Of a stretch of 64,000 bases of DNA, positions 39,168 through 48,135 are shown piece after piece. Position 1 is the stretch's first letter, and each line of letters begins with the position of its first letter. The stretch is from Coprothermobacter sp. (GTDB lineage Bacteria > Caldisericota > Caldisericia > Cryosericales > Cryosericaceae): contig PNOG01000008.1 in NCBI GenBank assembly GCA_013824685.1, positions 41,455 to 105,454 of the forward strand, in the 5' to 3' direction. A program made the translations under genes and the position numbers. The notes beneath the pieces were generated by a model. That model was not told the DNA's origin and ran no database searches. It worked only from the letters and a program-made list of their open reading frames with translations.

Positions 39168-39933
39168 CCTCATCACAGCGCGAGGCGTGCGCAAGCACTT
39201 CGGTGCCAGGGAGATCCTGCGGAGTATCGACCTCAGCGTTCCCGCCGGCAGCATCACCGTCATCCTCGGCACGAACGGCGCCGGCAAGACGACCCTCCTG
39301 CGCATCCTGGGGTTGCTGGAACCTGCCGACGAAGGTACCATCGCCTACGACGGCATTGTCCTTGGTGTGTCGACCGTCACATACGGCTCCTCGACCAGGA
39401 GTCCAGCTCAGGACCAGCGCTACCTGCCCCTGCGACGCCAGATGCTACTCGCGTTTCAACACCCGGCGGTCTTCAGCGGCTCGGTCCTCAGCAACGTGAC
39501 GTACGGGCTGCAGCTGCGCGGTATGAGTCGAGCCGAGGCAGAAGAACGCTCGATGTCCGCTCTGCGCGACGCCGGCATTGCAGAGCGAGCCCGCCAGCAT
39601 GCATCGTCGCTCTCCGGCGGCGAAGCAGCACGCCTGTCGGTGGCACGCGCCCTCGCCCTGCAGCCACGCCTGCTCTTCCTCGACGAGCCGTCTGCCAGCC
39701 TGGACCCCTACGGCACAAAGCTGCTCGAAGACCTGCTGCTGCACATGAGGGACGACTTGGGCATGACGGCCGTCATCGTAACGCAGGACATCTTTGAAGC
39801 GCGTCGTGTTGCCGACCAGGTAGCGTTCCTGCACGAGGGACGTATCATTGAACAGGCGCTGCGCGACGACTTCTTCAGTCATCCACGCGACGACCGGACC
39901 CGCCGCTTCGTTGCGGGCGAACTGCTTGTGTAA
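39148..39933 (+). CDS. tupC: Tungstate ABC transporter ATP-binding protein
   Basis: Walker A GTNGAGKTT, signature LSGGEAARLSVA, Walker B LLFLDEPSASLD. ATG 39148 overlaps the tupB 3' end. Confidence 0.8.
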   Translation: MSATSTDLITARGVRKHFGAREILRSIDLSVPAGSITVILGTNGAGKTTLLRILGLLEPADEGTIAYDGIVLGVSTVTYGSSTRSPAQDQRYLPLRRQMLLAFQHPAVFSGSVLSNVTYGLQLRGMSRAEAEERSMSALRDAGIAERARQHASSLSGGEAARLSVARALALQPRLLFLDEPSASLDPYGTKLLEDLLLHMRDDLGMTAVIVTQDIFEARRVADQVAFLHEGRIIEQALRDDFFSHPRDDRTRRFVAGELLV

Positions 39934-39977
39934 CAGGGGACAGCCCTCATTGTTGTAACATCTGCCACGGAGGAATC

Positions 39978-41207
39978 ATGCTGGACATCAAGGAAGCGCT
40001 GAAGGCGATATTGGACCACGCAACGCCGCTGACACCGGTCACCATGCCGCTCGACGAGGCTGCGGGACTGGTGCTTGCAGAGGATGTGATCGCACACGGG
40101 AACGTGCCTCCCTTCGCCAACTCCGCCATGGACGGGTTCGCCGTCCTCGCCGCCGACATTCAGCAGGCATCCGAAGCCACGCCTGTCCGCCTGCACATCC
40201 TGGAAGACGTCCCTGCCGGCAGTGTTGCGACGCAGCCGGTCCGCCCCGGCACCGCCATCCGTATCATGACAGGCGCGCCCCTCCCCACAGGCGCCGACAC
40301 CGTCGTCCACGTCGAGGTGACCCGCGCAGAGGGTGATGACGTGCTCATTCTCCTGGCGCTCAAGAACGGCGTCAATGTGCGCAAGGCGGGCGAAGACATG
40401 AAAGACGGCGGCATCGTCCTCACAGCCGGGACAGTCCTTCGTCCGGGCGAAGTCGGCGTGTGCGCTGCAGCCGGCCATGCCACGGTCATGGTTCACCCAC
40501 GCGCCCGCGTTGCCATCCTGACCACTGGTAGCGAGCTGGTCGATGCCGCCGAGACGCCCGGACCGGGACAGATCCGCGACGCCAACGCCCACTCGCTGCG
40601 CGCGCAAGTCGCCGCAATGGGTGCAGAACCAGTCGTCTTCGCCCGCGTGCCCGACACCCGTGCGGCCGTGAGGTCTGCGCTCGAACAGGCACTCGAACAG
40701 GCTGACATCGTGCTTACCAACGGCGGCATCTCAGTCGGCGCCTACGATTTCGTGAAGGAAGTCCTGCAGGAGATGGGTGCAGAACTGGTCTTCTGGCGCG
40801 TCAAACAGAAGCCCGGCAAGCCGATGGCCTTCTGGACCCTGGGCTCCAGGCGTATTGTAGGGCTGCCCGGCAACCCCGTATCCTGCATGGTCTGCACGGA
40901 GGAATACGTGCGCCCCCTGGTACGCCGCATGATGGGCCATGTCCTGCTCCACCGCCCTGTCCGCACGGCCGTTCTCGACGAACGGTACGCAAAGGGCGCC
41001 GACGCGGGACGTACCCATTTCGTGCGGGTCCGCCCGCAGGACCGCGACGGAGTCCTCCACGCCACCCTGACCGGTCCCCAGGGGTCCGGCATCCTCACGT
41101 CCATGGCGCTTGCCACCGGCATCGCCATCATCCCCGAGGATACACCTGTCGTCGAAGCCGGCCAGACCATTCATGTTCAGCTCACCGACTTGCCCGAGGA
41201 CCACTGA
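39978..41207 (+). CDS. moeA: Molybdopterin molybdenum/tungsten transferase MoeA
   Basis: MoeA N-domain (SAMDGFAV), MoCF-binding domain (TTGSELV...DANAHSL...TNGGISVGAYDF) and MoeA C-domain. Confidence 0.9.
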   Translation: MLDIKEALKAILDHATPLTPVTMPLDEAAGLVLAEDVIAHGNVPPFANSAMDGFAVLAADIQQASEATPVRLHILEDVPAGSVATQPVRPGTAIRIMTGAPLPTGADTVVHVEVTRAEGDDVLILLALKNGVNVRKAGEDMKDGGIVLTAGTVLRPGEVGVCAAAGHATVMVHPRARVAILTTGSELVDAAETPGPGQIRDANAHSLRAQVAAMGAEPVVFARVPDTRAAVRSALEQALEQADIVLTNGGISVGAYDFVKEVLQEMGAELVFWRVKQKPGKPMAFWTLGSRRIVGLPGNPVSCMVCTEEYVRPLVRRMMGHVLLHRPVRTAVLDERYAKGADAGRTHFVRVRPQDRDGVLHATLTGPQGSGILTSMALATGIAIIPEDTPVVEAGQTIHVQLTDLPEDH

Positions 41208-42172
41208 TGCAGGACCGCTTCGGACGTACCATCGACTACATCCGCATCTCCGTCACCGACCGCTGCAATCTGCGGTGCCGCTACTGCATGCCGGAAGAGG
41301 GTGTGCCCATGCTGAAGCACGAGGATATCCTGCGCTTCGAGGAGATCGTCGCCTTCATGCGCGTCGCTGTCTCTGAGGGCATCGTCAAGGTGCGTCTCAC
41401 CGGCGGCGACCCGCTGTGCCGCCTCGGCATTCTAAATCTCGTGCACATGTTGCTCGCCGTCCCCGGCCTGCAGGACCTCTCGCTTACCACCAATGGTATC
41501 CTGCTGCCTCAGTTTGCCGCTGACCTCAAAGCGGCCGGCCTGAAACGCGTCAATATTGGCCTGCCCTCGCTGGACCCCACTGTCTACCCCCACCTTACGC
41601 GTGTCGGCTCACTGGACACCGCCCTCGCCGGCCTCAAAGCAGCCGTAGACACAGGATTCAGCCCCATCAAGCTCAACGTCGTGATCCTGCGTGGCGTCAA
41701 CGACGACCTGGCGCCGTACCTCGACCTCACCAGGCGCCTGCCCATCGAGGTCCGATTCATCGAGTACATGCCCATCGGCCCGCTGGGCGAGGACCACTAC
41801 CTGGTACCCGCCGCCGAACTGCGACGCAAGCTGGAAGATCTAGCTCGTCTGGAGCCAGCCGACAAGCCTGACGGTAACGGTCCTGCACAGGAGTACAGTC
41901 GCATCCCCGGCGCACCCGGAACGGTGGCCGTCATCGCGCCGGTCACGGAGCATTTCTGCCCCACCTGCAACCGTCTGCGGCTGCTCGCCGACGGTCACCT
42001 GCGGCTATGCCTGTTTGGAGAGGACGAGATCGACATCCGGCCCGCCCTACGCCCCGTCGTCAACGAGGAGGCGCTGCGCGCACTGCTTGTGCGAGCGATG
42101 CAGCAGAAACCCGAGTGTATGCCGGAGACGGCCCGCAACTACGGCCGCGCCATGGGAAGCATAGGAGGATAG
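41207..42172 (+). CDS. moaA: GTP 3',8-cyclase MoaA (radical SAM)
   Basis: IRISVTDRCNLRCRYCMPEEG (CxxxCxxC) and the C-terminal cluster motif CPTCNRLRLLADGHLRLCLF. The start overlaps the moeA stop (TGATG). Confidence 0.93.
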   Translation: MQDRFGRTIDYIRISVTDRCNLRCRYCMPEEGVPMLKHEDILRFEEIVAFMRVAVSEGIVKVRLTGGDPLCRLGILNLVHMLLAVPGLQDLSLTTNGILLPQFAADLKAAGLKRVNIGLPSLDPTVYPHLTRVGSLDTALAGLKAAVDTGFSPIKLNVVILRGVNDDLAPYLDLTRRLPIEVRFIEYMPIGPLGEDHYLVPAAELRRKLEDLARLEPADKPDGNGPAQEYSRIPGAPGTVAVIAPVTEHFCPTCNRLRLLADGHLRLCLFGEDEIDIRPALRPVVNEEALRALLVRAMQQKPECMPETARNYGRAMGSIGG

Positions 42173-42173
42173 C

Positions 42174-42656
42174 ATGGGAAGCAATGAACTGACACATCTG
42201 GACGACAAGGGCAACGCGCGCATGATAGACGTCGGCGGCAAGTTGGAGACAGCCCGGGAGGCCGTCGCCCGCTGCCGCGTCCTGCTGGCGCCCGCGACCT
42301 TCGAGCTGGTCAAGGCGGGCAACCTCAAGAAAGGCGACGTCCTGACCGTCGCGCAGGTCGCGGGCATCCAGGCCGCCAAGCGCACGTGGGAGTTGATCCC
42401 GCTGTGCCACCAAATCACCATGACATTCGTCGGCGTGACGCTGACACTCAACGAGCCTGATCATGCCATCGACATCGAAGCGACCGCCCGTACCAAGGCC
42501 GAGACCGGCGTCGAGATGGAAGCCCTGGTCGCCGCATCCACCGCCGCACTCACCGTCTACGACATGTGCAAGGCGGTCGAACGGGGCATCCGCATCACCG
42601 ACCTGCGCCTCGTCCGCAAGAGCGGCGGTCAGTCGGGGCTGTGGGAGGGTGCATGA
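42174..42656 (+). CDS. moaC: Cyclic pyranopterin monophosphate synthase MoaC
   Basis: LTHLDDKGNARMIDV, AGIQAAKRTWELIPLCH, EMEALVAAS..LTVYDMCKA. Confidence 0.93.
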   Translation: MGSNELTHLDDKGNARMIDVGGKLETAREAVARCRVLLAPATFELVKAGNLKKGDVLTVAQVAGIQAAKRTWELIPLCHQITMTFVGVTLTLNEPDHAIDIEATARTKAETGVEMEALVAASTAALTVYDMCKAVERGIRITDLRLVRKSGGQSGLWEGA

Positions 42657-43108
42657 ACCATCCCGTCGTGGTCTCGGTCAACATCTCCGAACAGAAGGGC
42701 ACGCGCAAACACCCCCTGCAGGGTCCTGTCACCATCACCATGCTGGGCATGCAGGGCGACGCCCACGCAGGCGACTGGCACCGTCAACTTAGTCTGCTGG
42801 CGCAGGAGAGCATCGACAAGATGCAGGACCACGGCTTGGTGCTGCAGCCCGGCGACTTCGCCGAGAACATCACAACGCAAGGTCTGGACCTGCTGACTCT
42901 GCCGGTCGGGACACGTCTTCAGATCGGCACCGCTGTTACGGTGGAGGTCACCCAGATCGGCAAGGAATGCCACCTGGGCTGTGAGATCCGCAAGCTGGTC
43001 GGCGACTGCGTCATGCCCCGCGAGGGCATCTTCGCCCACGTCATCACGCCCGGCACAGTTCAGGCCGGCGACACTATCACCATCATCAGCAAAGGAGGAA
43101 CCCCATGA
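42653..43108 (+). CDS. MOSC-domain protein
   Basis: NISEQKGTRK...GDAHAG...RQLSLLAQES...GDFAENITT fits the MOSC beta-barrel pattern. ATGA overlaps on both sides. Confidence 0.7.
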   Translation: MNHPVVVSVNISEQKGTRKHPLQGPVTITMLGMQGDAHAGDWHRQLSLLAQESIDKMQDHGLVLQPGDFAENITTQGLDLLTLPVGTRLQIGTAVTVEVTQIGKECHLGCEIRKLVGDCVMPREGIFAHVITPGTVQAGDTITIISKGGTP

Positions 43109-43581
43109 AAGCAGCAGTTCTGACCATTAGCGACAGTTGCGCCGCAGGGACCCGCGTCGACGAGAGTGGCCCGTTCATCGCCGGACGCCTACAGGGTGCA
43201 GGCTGGACGATCGAGGAGATGACCATCGTTCCAGACGAACAGATGGAGATCGCTGAGATCCTCGAGAAGTGGGCGACCGATCATCACGTCGACGCCATCA
43301 TCACCACGGGCGGCACGGGATTCTCACCCCGCGACGTCACCCCCGAGGCAACCCTGTCCGTCGTCGACCGCCGCGCACCTGGCATCAGTGAAGCCATTCG
43401 TCTCTACGGCCTCAACAAGGGCGTCCCGACCGCCTGCCTGTCCCGGGCCGAGGCCGGCCTCCGGGGCGCGACGCTCATCATCAACCTCCCTGGCAGCCTC
43501 AAGGCCGTCCAGGATGGTATGGACGTCCTCATCCCGCTGCTACCGCATGCCCTGGAGATGATCGCAGGGAAGGGACACTAG
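43105..43581 (+). CDS. mog: Molybdenum cofactor biosynthesis protein MogA/MoaB family
   Basis: AVLTISDSCAAG..DESGP and ITTGGTGFSPRDVTPEAT (MoCF_biosynth domain). Confidence 0.85.
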   Translation: MKAAVLTISDSCAAGTRVDESGPFIAGRLQGAGWTIEEMTIVPDEQMEIAEILEKWATDHHVDAIITTGGTGFSPRDVTPEATLSVVDRRAPGISEAIRLYGLNKGVPTACLSRAEAGLRGATLIINLPGSLKAVQDGMDVLIPLLPHALEMIAGKGH

Positions 43582-43616
43582 ACATACCGCAAGAGTCTCT
43601 CGATATCTACCGTATG

Positions 43617-43646
43617 GGCACAAGTCTGATCGATCAGGCTTGTGCC
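43617..43646. terminator. Strong palindromic hairpin between convergent mog and the 848-aa gene, at the G+C transition
   Basis: ggcacaagTctgatc / gatcagGcttgtgcc: 15-bp arms with one G-U pair. Confidence 0.6.
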
Positions 43647-43656
43647 TTGCCTATTG

Positions 43657-46203
43657 CTACTGCAAGCCGTAGTACGTCCTGGCTTGCGTTTCGACATTAC
43701 TACCCAATTCGCGAGCTATCACAGTGTCGTATTGTTGTGTCTCGGAGAATACCTCGTTGTAGTACTTCAGTGGAAACATCTTCTTGATACTCGGTGCATA
43801 GGCAGTTCCATTCTCTGGGAGTTGATGTTCAGTTATTGTGTAGCCTTGTTGAGAGGGTGTGGCTATCAGCGTAATTGGACAGCTTATGCCAGTTCCAGCT
43901 ACAAGTTTTCTATTTTCCGAACGATATTCCTGGCATAACGCCCAAAGGTATATGTACACCTTGTTGTTCTTCATCTCGCTCCCAAACAGGCTGTAAGCGC
44001 AGAACATCTTTCCACCAAGATTGGGTTGCAGGATATTGTTCTGCAGATAGACATAGACATCCTTCCCACTGATACCCGCTGGAAGCCTTACCCCGGTAGA
44101 GCCGTTCCCAGTGCTGTCAGTGATGACCAATTGCGAGCGCGAAAGGTCCTTCAAATCAAGATAGACAACACTGTCGTTTGCCTTTTCCTGCCGGTTGACA
44201 AAAGCTATCTCGTCGGTATCAAGAGTAATTTCACTTCTGACGTTCGCGCCCTTGATCAGGGTTCTGTCTCCTGACTTCCTGCTGAGCACGAAGATGTCTC
44301 CATTGTCAAGTCTGGCAACGAGGTAATCGTCAGAGGCAACAATGTAGTCGGAAATGTAGTCATTGCTTTCCGCTACGCCAACTTCTGTGAAGTCACCTGG
44401 CGTTGCTACTGGGGCAATCACGATCCTCTTGTTGAGTGCGTAAACTATCTTCCTGTCCGGCGTGATGGTATAGGTGCCAATAGATCTCGGGTCTGACGAA
44501 TCTGTGTACTGATCAATGAAGACTGACTTAAGTGTGGTAGTCGACGGGTCGTAGAAATACACCTGATCCCTTGTGTCGCCATTGACCATGACCTCTGACG
44601 TATCGAACGCGACAGAATCGTTATCAAGCGAGCATATCTGACGTATCGAAAAGGACTGCACAGGAGGGGTGAAGACGTTTTCCTGTTTCCCATCCTTCAG
44701 GTTCGCCCGGATGAGTCTCGTTCCTCCCGCTCCGCTTCGAAAGCTGGTAGAATCGCCACTCGCCACCATGTCCTCACTCATGATGACCAGATACGCATAG
44801 TCACCCTGGAGAAGTGTTCGATCGAACACCGTGAAGACAGTGGTGTCGGGTGAGACTTCCTCACCCCAGTCGTAGTCAGGAAGCAACTTGATGAGTTCAT
44901 TGGTCCTTCTGTTGATGGCAAAGCACTCGGAAGGAATCTCTCCAGGATCTTCCAACACCTTGAAAAGCACCCAACGGTCATTCATCTGCACATCCAGGAT
45001 CCTTGCCCACTTCTTGCTGACACTCATTGAGTATTCCGTTCTTCCGCTCGTGACATCAGAAATGACAACATGATCGGTCGTTGCGCTGTTCGGGGCGTTT
45101 GGCTGGATCTTGCCTGTTCCCGTTGAATAGGCGACTTTCCCATTGCGGACCGCAACAGCGTCAATTGCAGAGAAGTTGCTTGCCACTTCTTTGAAATCCA
45201 GGGACACAAAGGTCAGAACTCTTGGCATGAGAAGTCTCTCTTCTTCCTGCTCGAATGCTATGGAAAGACCTTCGTCATATCCGAACTCTTTTGTTGTCCC
45301 ATTCCACTTGTAGGCTTCGACGGTGATCTTCTCAGTCACCGCTGGATCCGAAGCGCTCTTGTCGATGGCGTATTGACAGATGACCCGATTGCCTTTGCCA
45401 TCGTCTACGAAGTTCAACTTCACTTCATGCTGAGCAGAAGCACCTTTCCAGAAGAGCTTCGGCCACGACAGCGGCGCATTCTTGTCTCTGAAGTTGGCGG
45501 CACAAAGCTTCCCATCTTCCACCTGACAAATGGCATAGTATTCCGTGTAGGCTCCGCCTGTCTGCAGGTCGACAAGCGCTTCTGGGACAGAGTCGCCGTT
45601 CATATCTATGGTCTGGGCGATGAAGAGGTCTCCCCCTTCTCCGATGCCCGCAACATCGGAGAAGGCTCTCTTCAGCGTTACAGTCAATTCTGCAGGGTCA
45701 TAAGAGGCGTAGACCCCATACGAAAGCAAGTCTATGAGCCAGGCGCCGTTCTTGGTCGTATTCCGCACCCACAACACTATGGGGGTCTTCCCGGCATTGC
45801 CTCCTTGAGTTACTTCCACACTCGTCATGAGGATGATGTTTCCTGTCACCTTGATCGTGTGGACGTCCAGCTTCTCCATGGAGACGATCTCGATCCTCTC
45901 GGGCCAGGGACTTGAGACAGACCGTCCGGGCGCTCCGGACGGATAGTGCATCAAATCCGACAGGAAGTGTGGACTCACAAATGGGGCATAGACTTGTTCT
46001 ATCTCCTGACAAGCGACTTCCTCGGGAACGGACAAGGACACGTCCTTTAGTTTTGAGCCGAAGCCCTCAACAACCGAAGCCACCTGCGATCTCTCGTTCC
46101 TTCCGAGGAGACGAGGACCCACGAAATGTAGCAGAAGAGCGCCCGCCACTATCAAGACGACGATCGAAACAGTCAGGACACCGACCAGATCTCTCCTTCT
46201 CAT
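43657..46203 (-). CDS. Hypothetical 848-aa membrane-anchored extracytoplasmic protein (beta-propeller-like repeats)
   Basis: N-terminal single TM (VGVLTVSIVVLIVAGALLL). Repetitive beta-strand-rich middle region. I recognise no catalytic motif. Visibly lower G+C than the flanks. Confidence 0.6.
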   Translation of the reverse strand: MRRRDLVGVLTVSIVVLIVAGALLLHFVGPRLLGRNERSQVASVVEGFGSKLKDVSLSVPEEVACQEIEQVYAPFVSPHFLSDLMHYPSGAPGRSVSSPWPERIEIVSMEKLDVHTIKVTGNIILMTSVEVTQGGNAGKTPIVLWVRNTTKNGAWLIDLLSYGVYASYDPAELTVTLKRAFSDVAGIGEGGDLFIAQTIDMNGDSVPEALVDLQTGGAYTEYYAICQVEDGKLCAANFRDKNAPLSWPKLFWKGASAQHEVKLNFVDDGKGNRVICQYAIDKSASDPAVTEKITVEAYKWNGTTKEFGYDEGLSIAFEQEEERLLMPRVLTFVSLDFKEVASNFSAIDAVAVRNGKVAYSTGTGKIQPNAPNSATTDHVVISDVTSGRTEYSMSVSKKWARILDVQMNDRWVLFKVLEDPGEIPSECFAINRRTNELIKLLPDYDWGEEVSPDTTVFTVFDRTLLQGDYAYLVIMSEDMVASGDSTSFRSGAGGTRLIRANLKDGKQENVFTPPVQSFSIRQICSLDNDSVAFDTSEVMVNGDTRDQVYFYDPSTTTLKSVFIDQYTDSSDPRSIGTYTITPDRKIVYALNKRIVIAPVATPGDFTEVGVAESNDYISDYIVASDDYLVARLDNGDIFVLSRKSGDRTLIKGANVRSEITLDTDEIAFVNRQEKANDSVVYLDLKDLSRSQLVITDSTGNGSTGVRLPAGISGKDVYVYLQNNILQPNLGGKMFCAYSLFGSEMKNNKVYIYLWALCQEYRSENRKLVAGTGISCPITLIATPSQQGYTITEHQLPENGTAYAPSIKKMFPLKYYNEVFSETQQYDTVIARELGSNVETQARTYYGLQ

Positions 46204-46260
46204 CTCAATCCTCTATCCTGGCAGCGGCGACAACTGAATAGTTCCGTGATTTCGTTGTTT

Positions 46261-46932
46261 TCATCCTGTGCTCCTCCGTATTGACTTTGCTCTGTCTTTT
46301 GCCCATCCCCATGCTCGCTGTGGCAACACGACATACAACAGGCCCAGGACGCCCAACAGCCAGAAGACGGGCAGGGCAAGAAATGAGGGAGTGATGAGCA
46401 TAAGGAGAAAACAAGGCAAAGCAGTCATGGAGGCAAAGGGGAATATCAGTGCCAGTAGGATATTGGATGAATCGATTAGATTCCATCTTCCATTGGAAAT
46501 CGTCGAATAGGGAATACTGAGTATCTGTATCGGAGGAGATATCCGCGGGGATGGATCGGCTTGAGATCCTGTGTTCAGACTAGTGGACAGACAACTCCAG
46601 AGAGTCCCTTCGTGGGCTGCGGTAGCACAGAAGTAGAACCCTCCTCCCAGCAGGGTCATAAGCAGAAGAAAGGCGACGAACTTCCTGAGAAATGGTCGTG
46701 CAACAGGCAGATGCCGGATCGAAATGACCACGACGATGGCTGCAACGACCGAGGACACTACGGTCGCGAGCAATATGTCAATGGATACCCATGTGAAAGG
46801 GCCTGCCCACGACTCTTCAAGAATGAACCTTCTGGCAACGGCCCTGAATACCACATACAGCAGGCCCCACCAACCTACGACATTGCCAAGGATCAACCCT
46901 ATCTTTGATGTACGTGCATCTTCGTTGTTCAT
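46261..46932 (-). CDS. Hypothetical polytopic membrane protein (223 aa)
   Basis: Start at MNNEDARTSK, preceded by GGAGGGG. About 6 hydrophobic segments. It lies 57 nt upstream of the 848-aa gene on the same strand. Confidence 0.55.
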   Translation of the reverse strand: MNNEDARTSKIGLILGNVVGWWGLLYVVFRAVARRFILEESWAGPFTWVSIDILLATVVSSVVAAIVVVISIRHLPVARPFLRKFVAFLLLMTLLGGGFYFCATAAHEGTLWSCLSTSLNTGSQADPSPRISPPIQILSIPYSTISNGRWNLIDSSNILLALIFPFASMTALPCFLLMLITPSFLALPVFWLLGVLGLLYVVLPQRAWGWAKDRAKSIRRSTG

Positions 46933-47137
46933 GTCCCCTCCTTCGCACCTGAGTCTACGAGTGTCATGTCCCGCAGAACTTCGGGTTCCCAGCACCGTCA
47001 GCGCGCCATATCTCTACGGCTTCGCAGCGGAGATCATACCCTCCACCATGAGTATGACGTGATACCGGTGTTTTGACTAACCTGCAGGGGGAGAAGATCA
47101 GAGATGTCCGTGTACTTCTTCTTGGTCGCACATGATT

Positions 47138-47992
47138 CTAGAACCGTTTGAACTTCGGCTTTTCCCCTCCTGTCCTCGTAAACATGAGCGAGGCGTTCAC
47201 TTCGGCACCCATCAAGATGCTGATACTGCTCAGGTACATCCACATAAGCAAGGCAATGATACCACCAAGGCTTCCGTATACCTTCGAGTAGCTCCCCAGA
47301 TTGTTCGCGTAGTAGGAGAAGGCAAGAGAGACGGTCACCCAGCCAATCGATGCCACTACTGCCCCAGGTATGACTTCTCTGAGCTTCAGCCGACAGTTCG
47401 GGGCAACATGATAGAAGAACATGAACATGAGAGTGCTCGTGATCGTGACAATGGCGAGCCTGCCGTAGTTCCAGATGTCGAGAGACACATCCGAGAAGCC
47501 CAGGAGTTGAAAGATCCGTGTTCCCAGGATCCTGCCGAGAACGACAAGAACGAACGAAACCGCAATCACGACGGCAAGCTCAACCGTGAAGCCCAGCGAA
47601 ATGGCCTTCATCCTCCAGAAGCGTCGCGTTTCTTCCTGATCATATGCCCTGTTTATGCCCCGCATTAGAGACGTAACGCCACTTGTTGACGACCACAGTG
47701 CAAAGAGCACGCCTAATGACAGCAGGGTTCCGCTTCTGTCCGCAATCGTCTCATTGACGATATCCCGCAGGATCTCATAGGCACTTGCAGGCATAAGCGC
47801 GGCAAGGACCTGCATGCTGTCCTGAACGTCGACGATCTGTACATAGGAAACCAGCGTCATCAGGAAGATGAGAAATGGGAACAGGGACAGGAGCAGAAAG
47901 AAGGCTACCTCTGCTCCTGTCGAAAGCACGTCATCATTCACAAACCTGGCATACAGGTCTTTGAGCAATCTCCAGGACTCTGTTTTCTTCAT
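47138..47992 (-). CDS. YihY/BrkB-family (virulence factor BrkB / former RNase BN) membrane protein
   Basis: N-terminus LYARFVNDDVLSTGAEVAFFLLLSLFPFLIFL and C-terminus YGSLGGIIALLMWMYLSSISILMGAEVNA are typical of the family. Confidence 0.8.
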   Translation of the reverse strand: MKKTESWRLLKDLYARFVNDDVLSTGAEVAFFLLLSLFPFLIFLMTLVSYVQIVDVQDSMQVLAALMPASAYEILRDIVNETIADRSGTLLSLGVLFALWSSTSGVTSLMRGINRAYDQEETRRFWRMKAISLGFTVELAVVIAVSFVLVVLGRILGTRIFQLLGFSDVSLDIWNYGRLAIVTITSTLMFMFFYHVAPNCRLKLREVIPGAVVASIGWVTVSLAFSYYANNLGSYSKVYGSLGGIIALLMWMYLSSISILMGAEVNASLMFTRTGGEKPKFKRF

Positions 47993-48135
47993 CGCATTGT
48001 CTCCGGGCCAGAATGATTACTATCTACCCGAAGTATAGCTGAATCCCGACATCTGCCTCTGAAACGTCGACATGGTCTGCCTGTTTCAGGTTGCACGCCC
48101 CTCGTTTGGTGTACAATACTAAATGAGGGGGCTTC

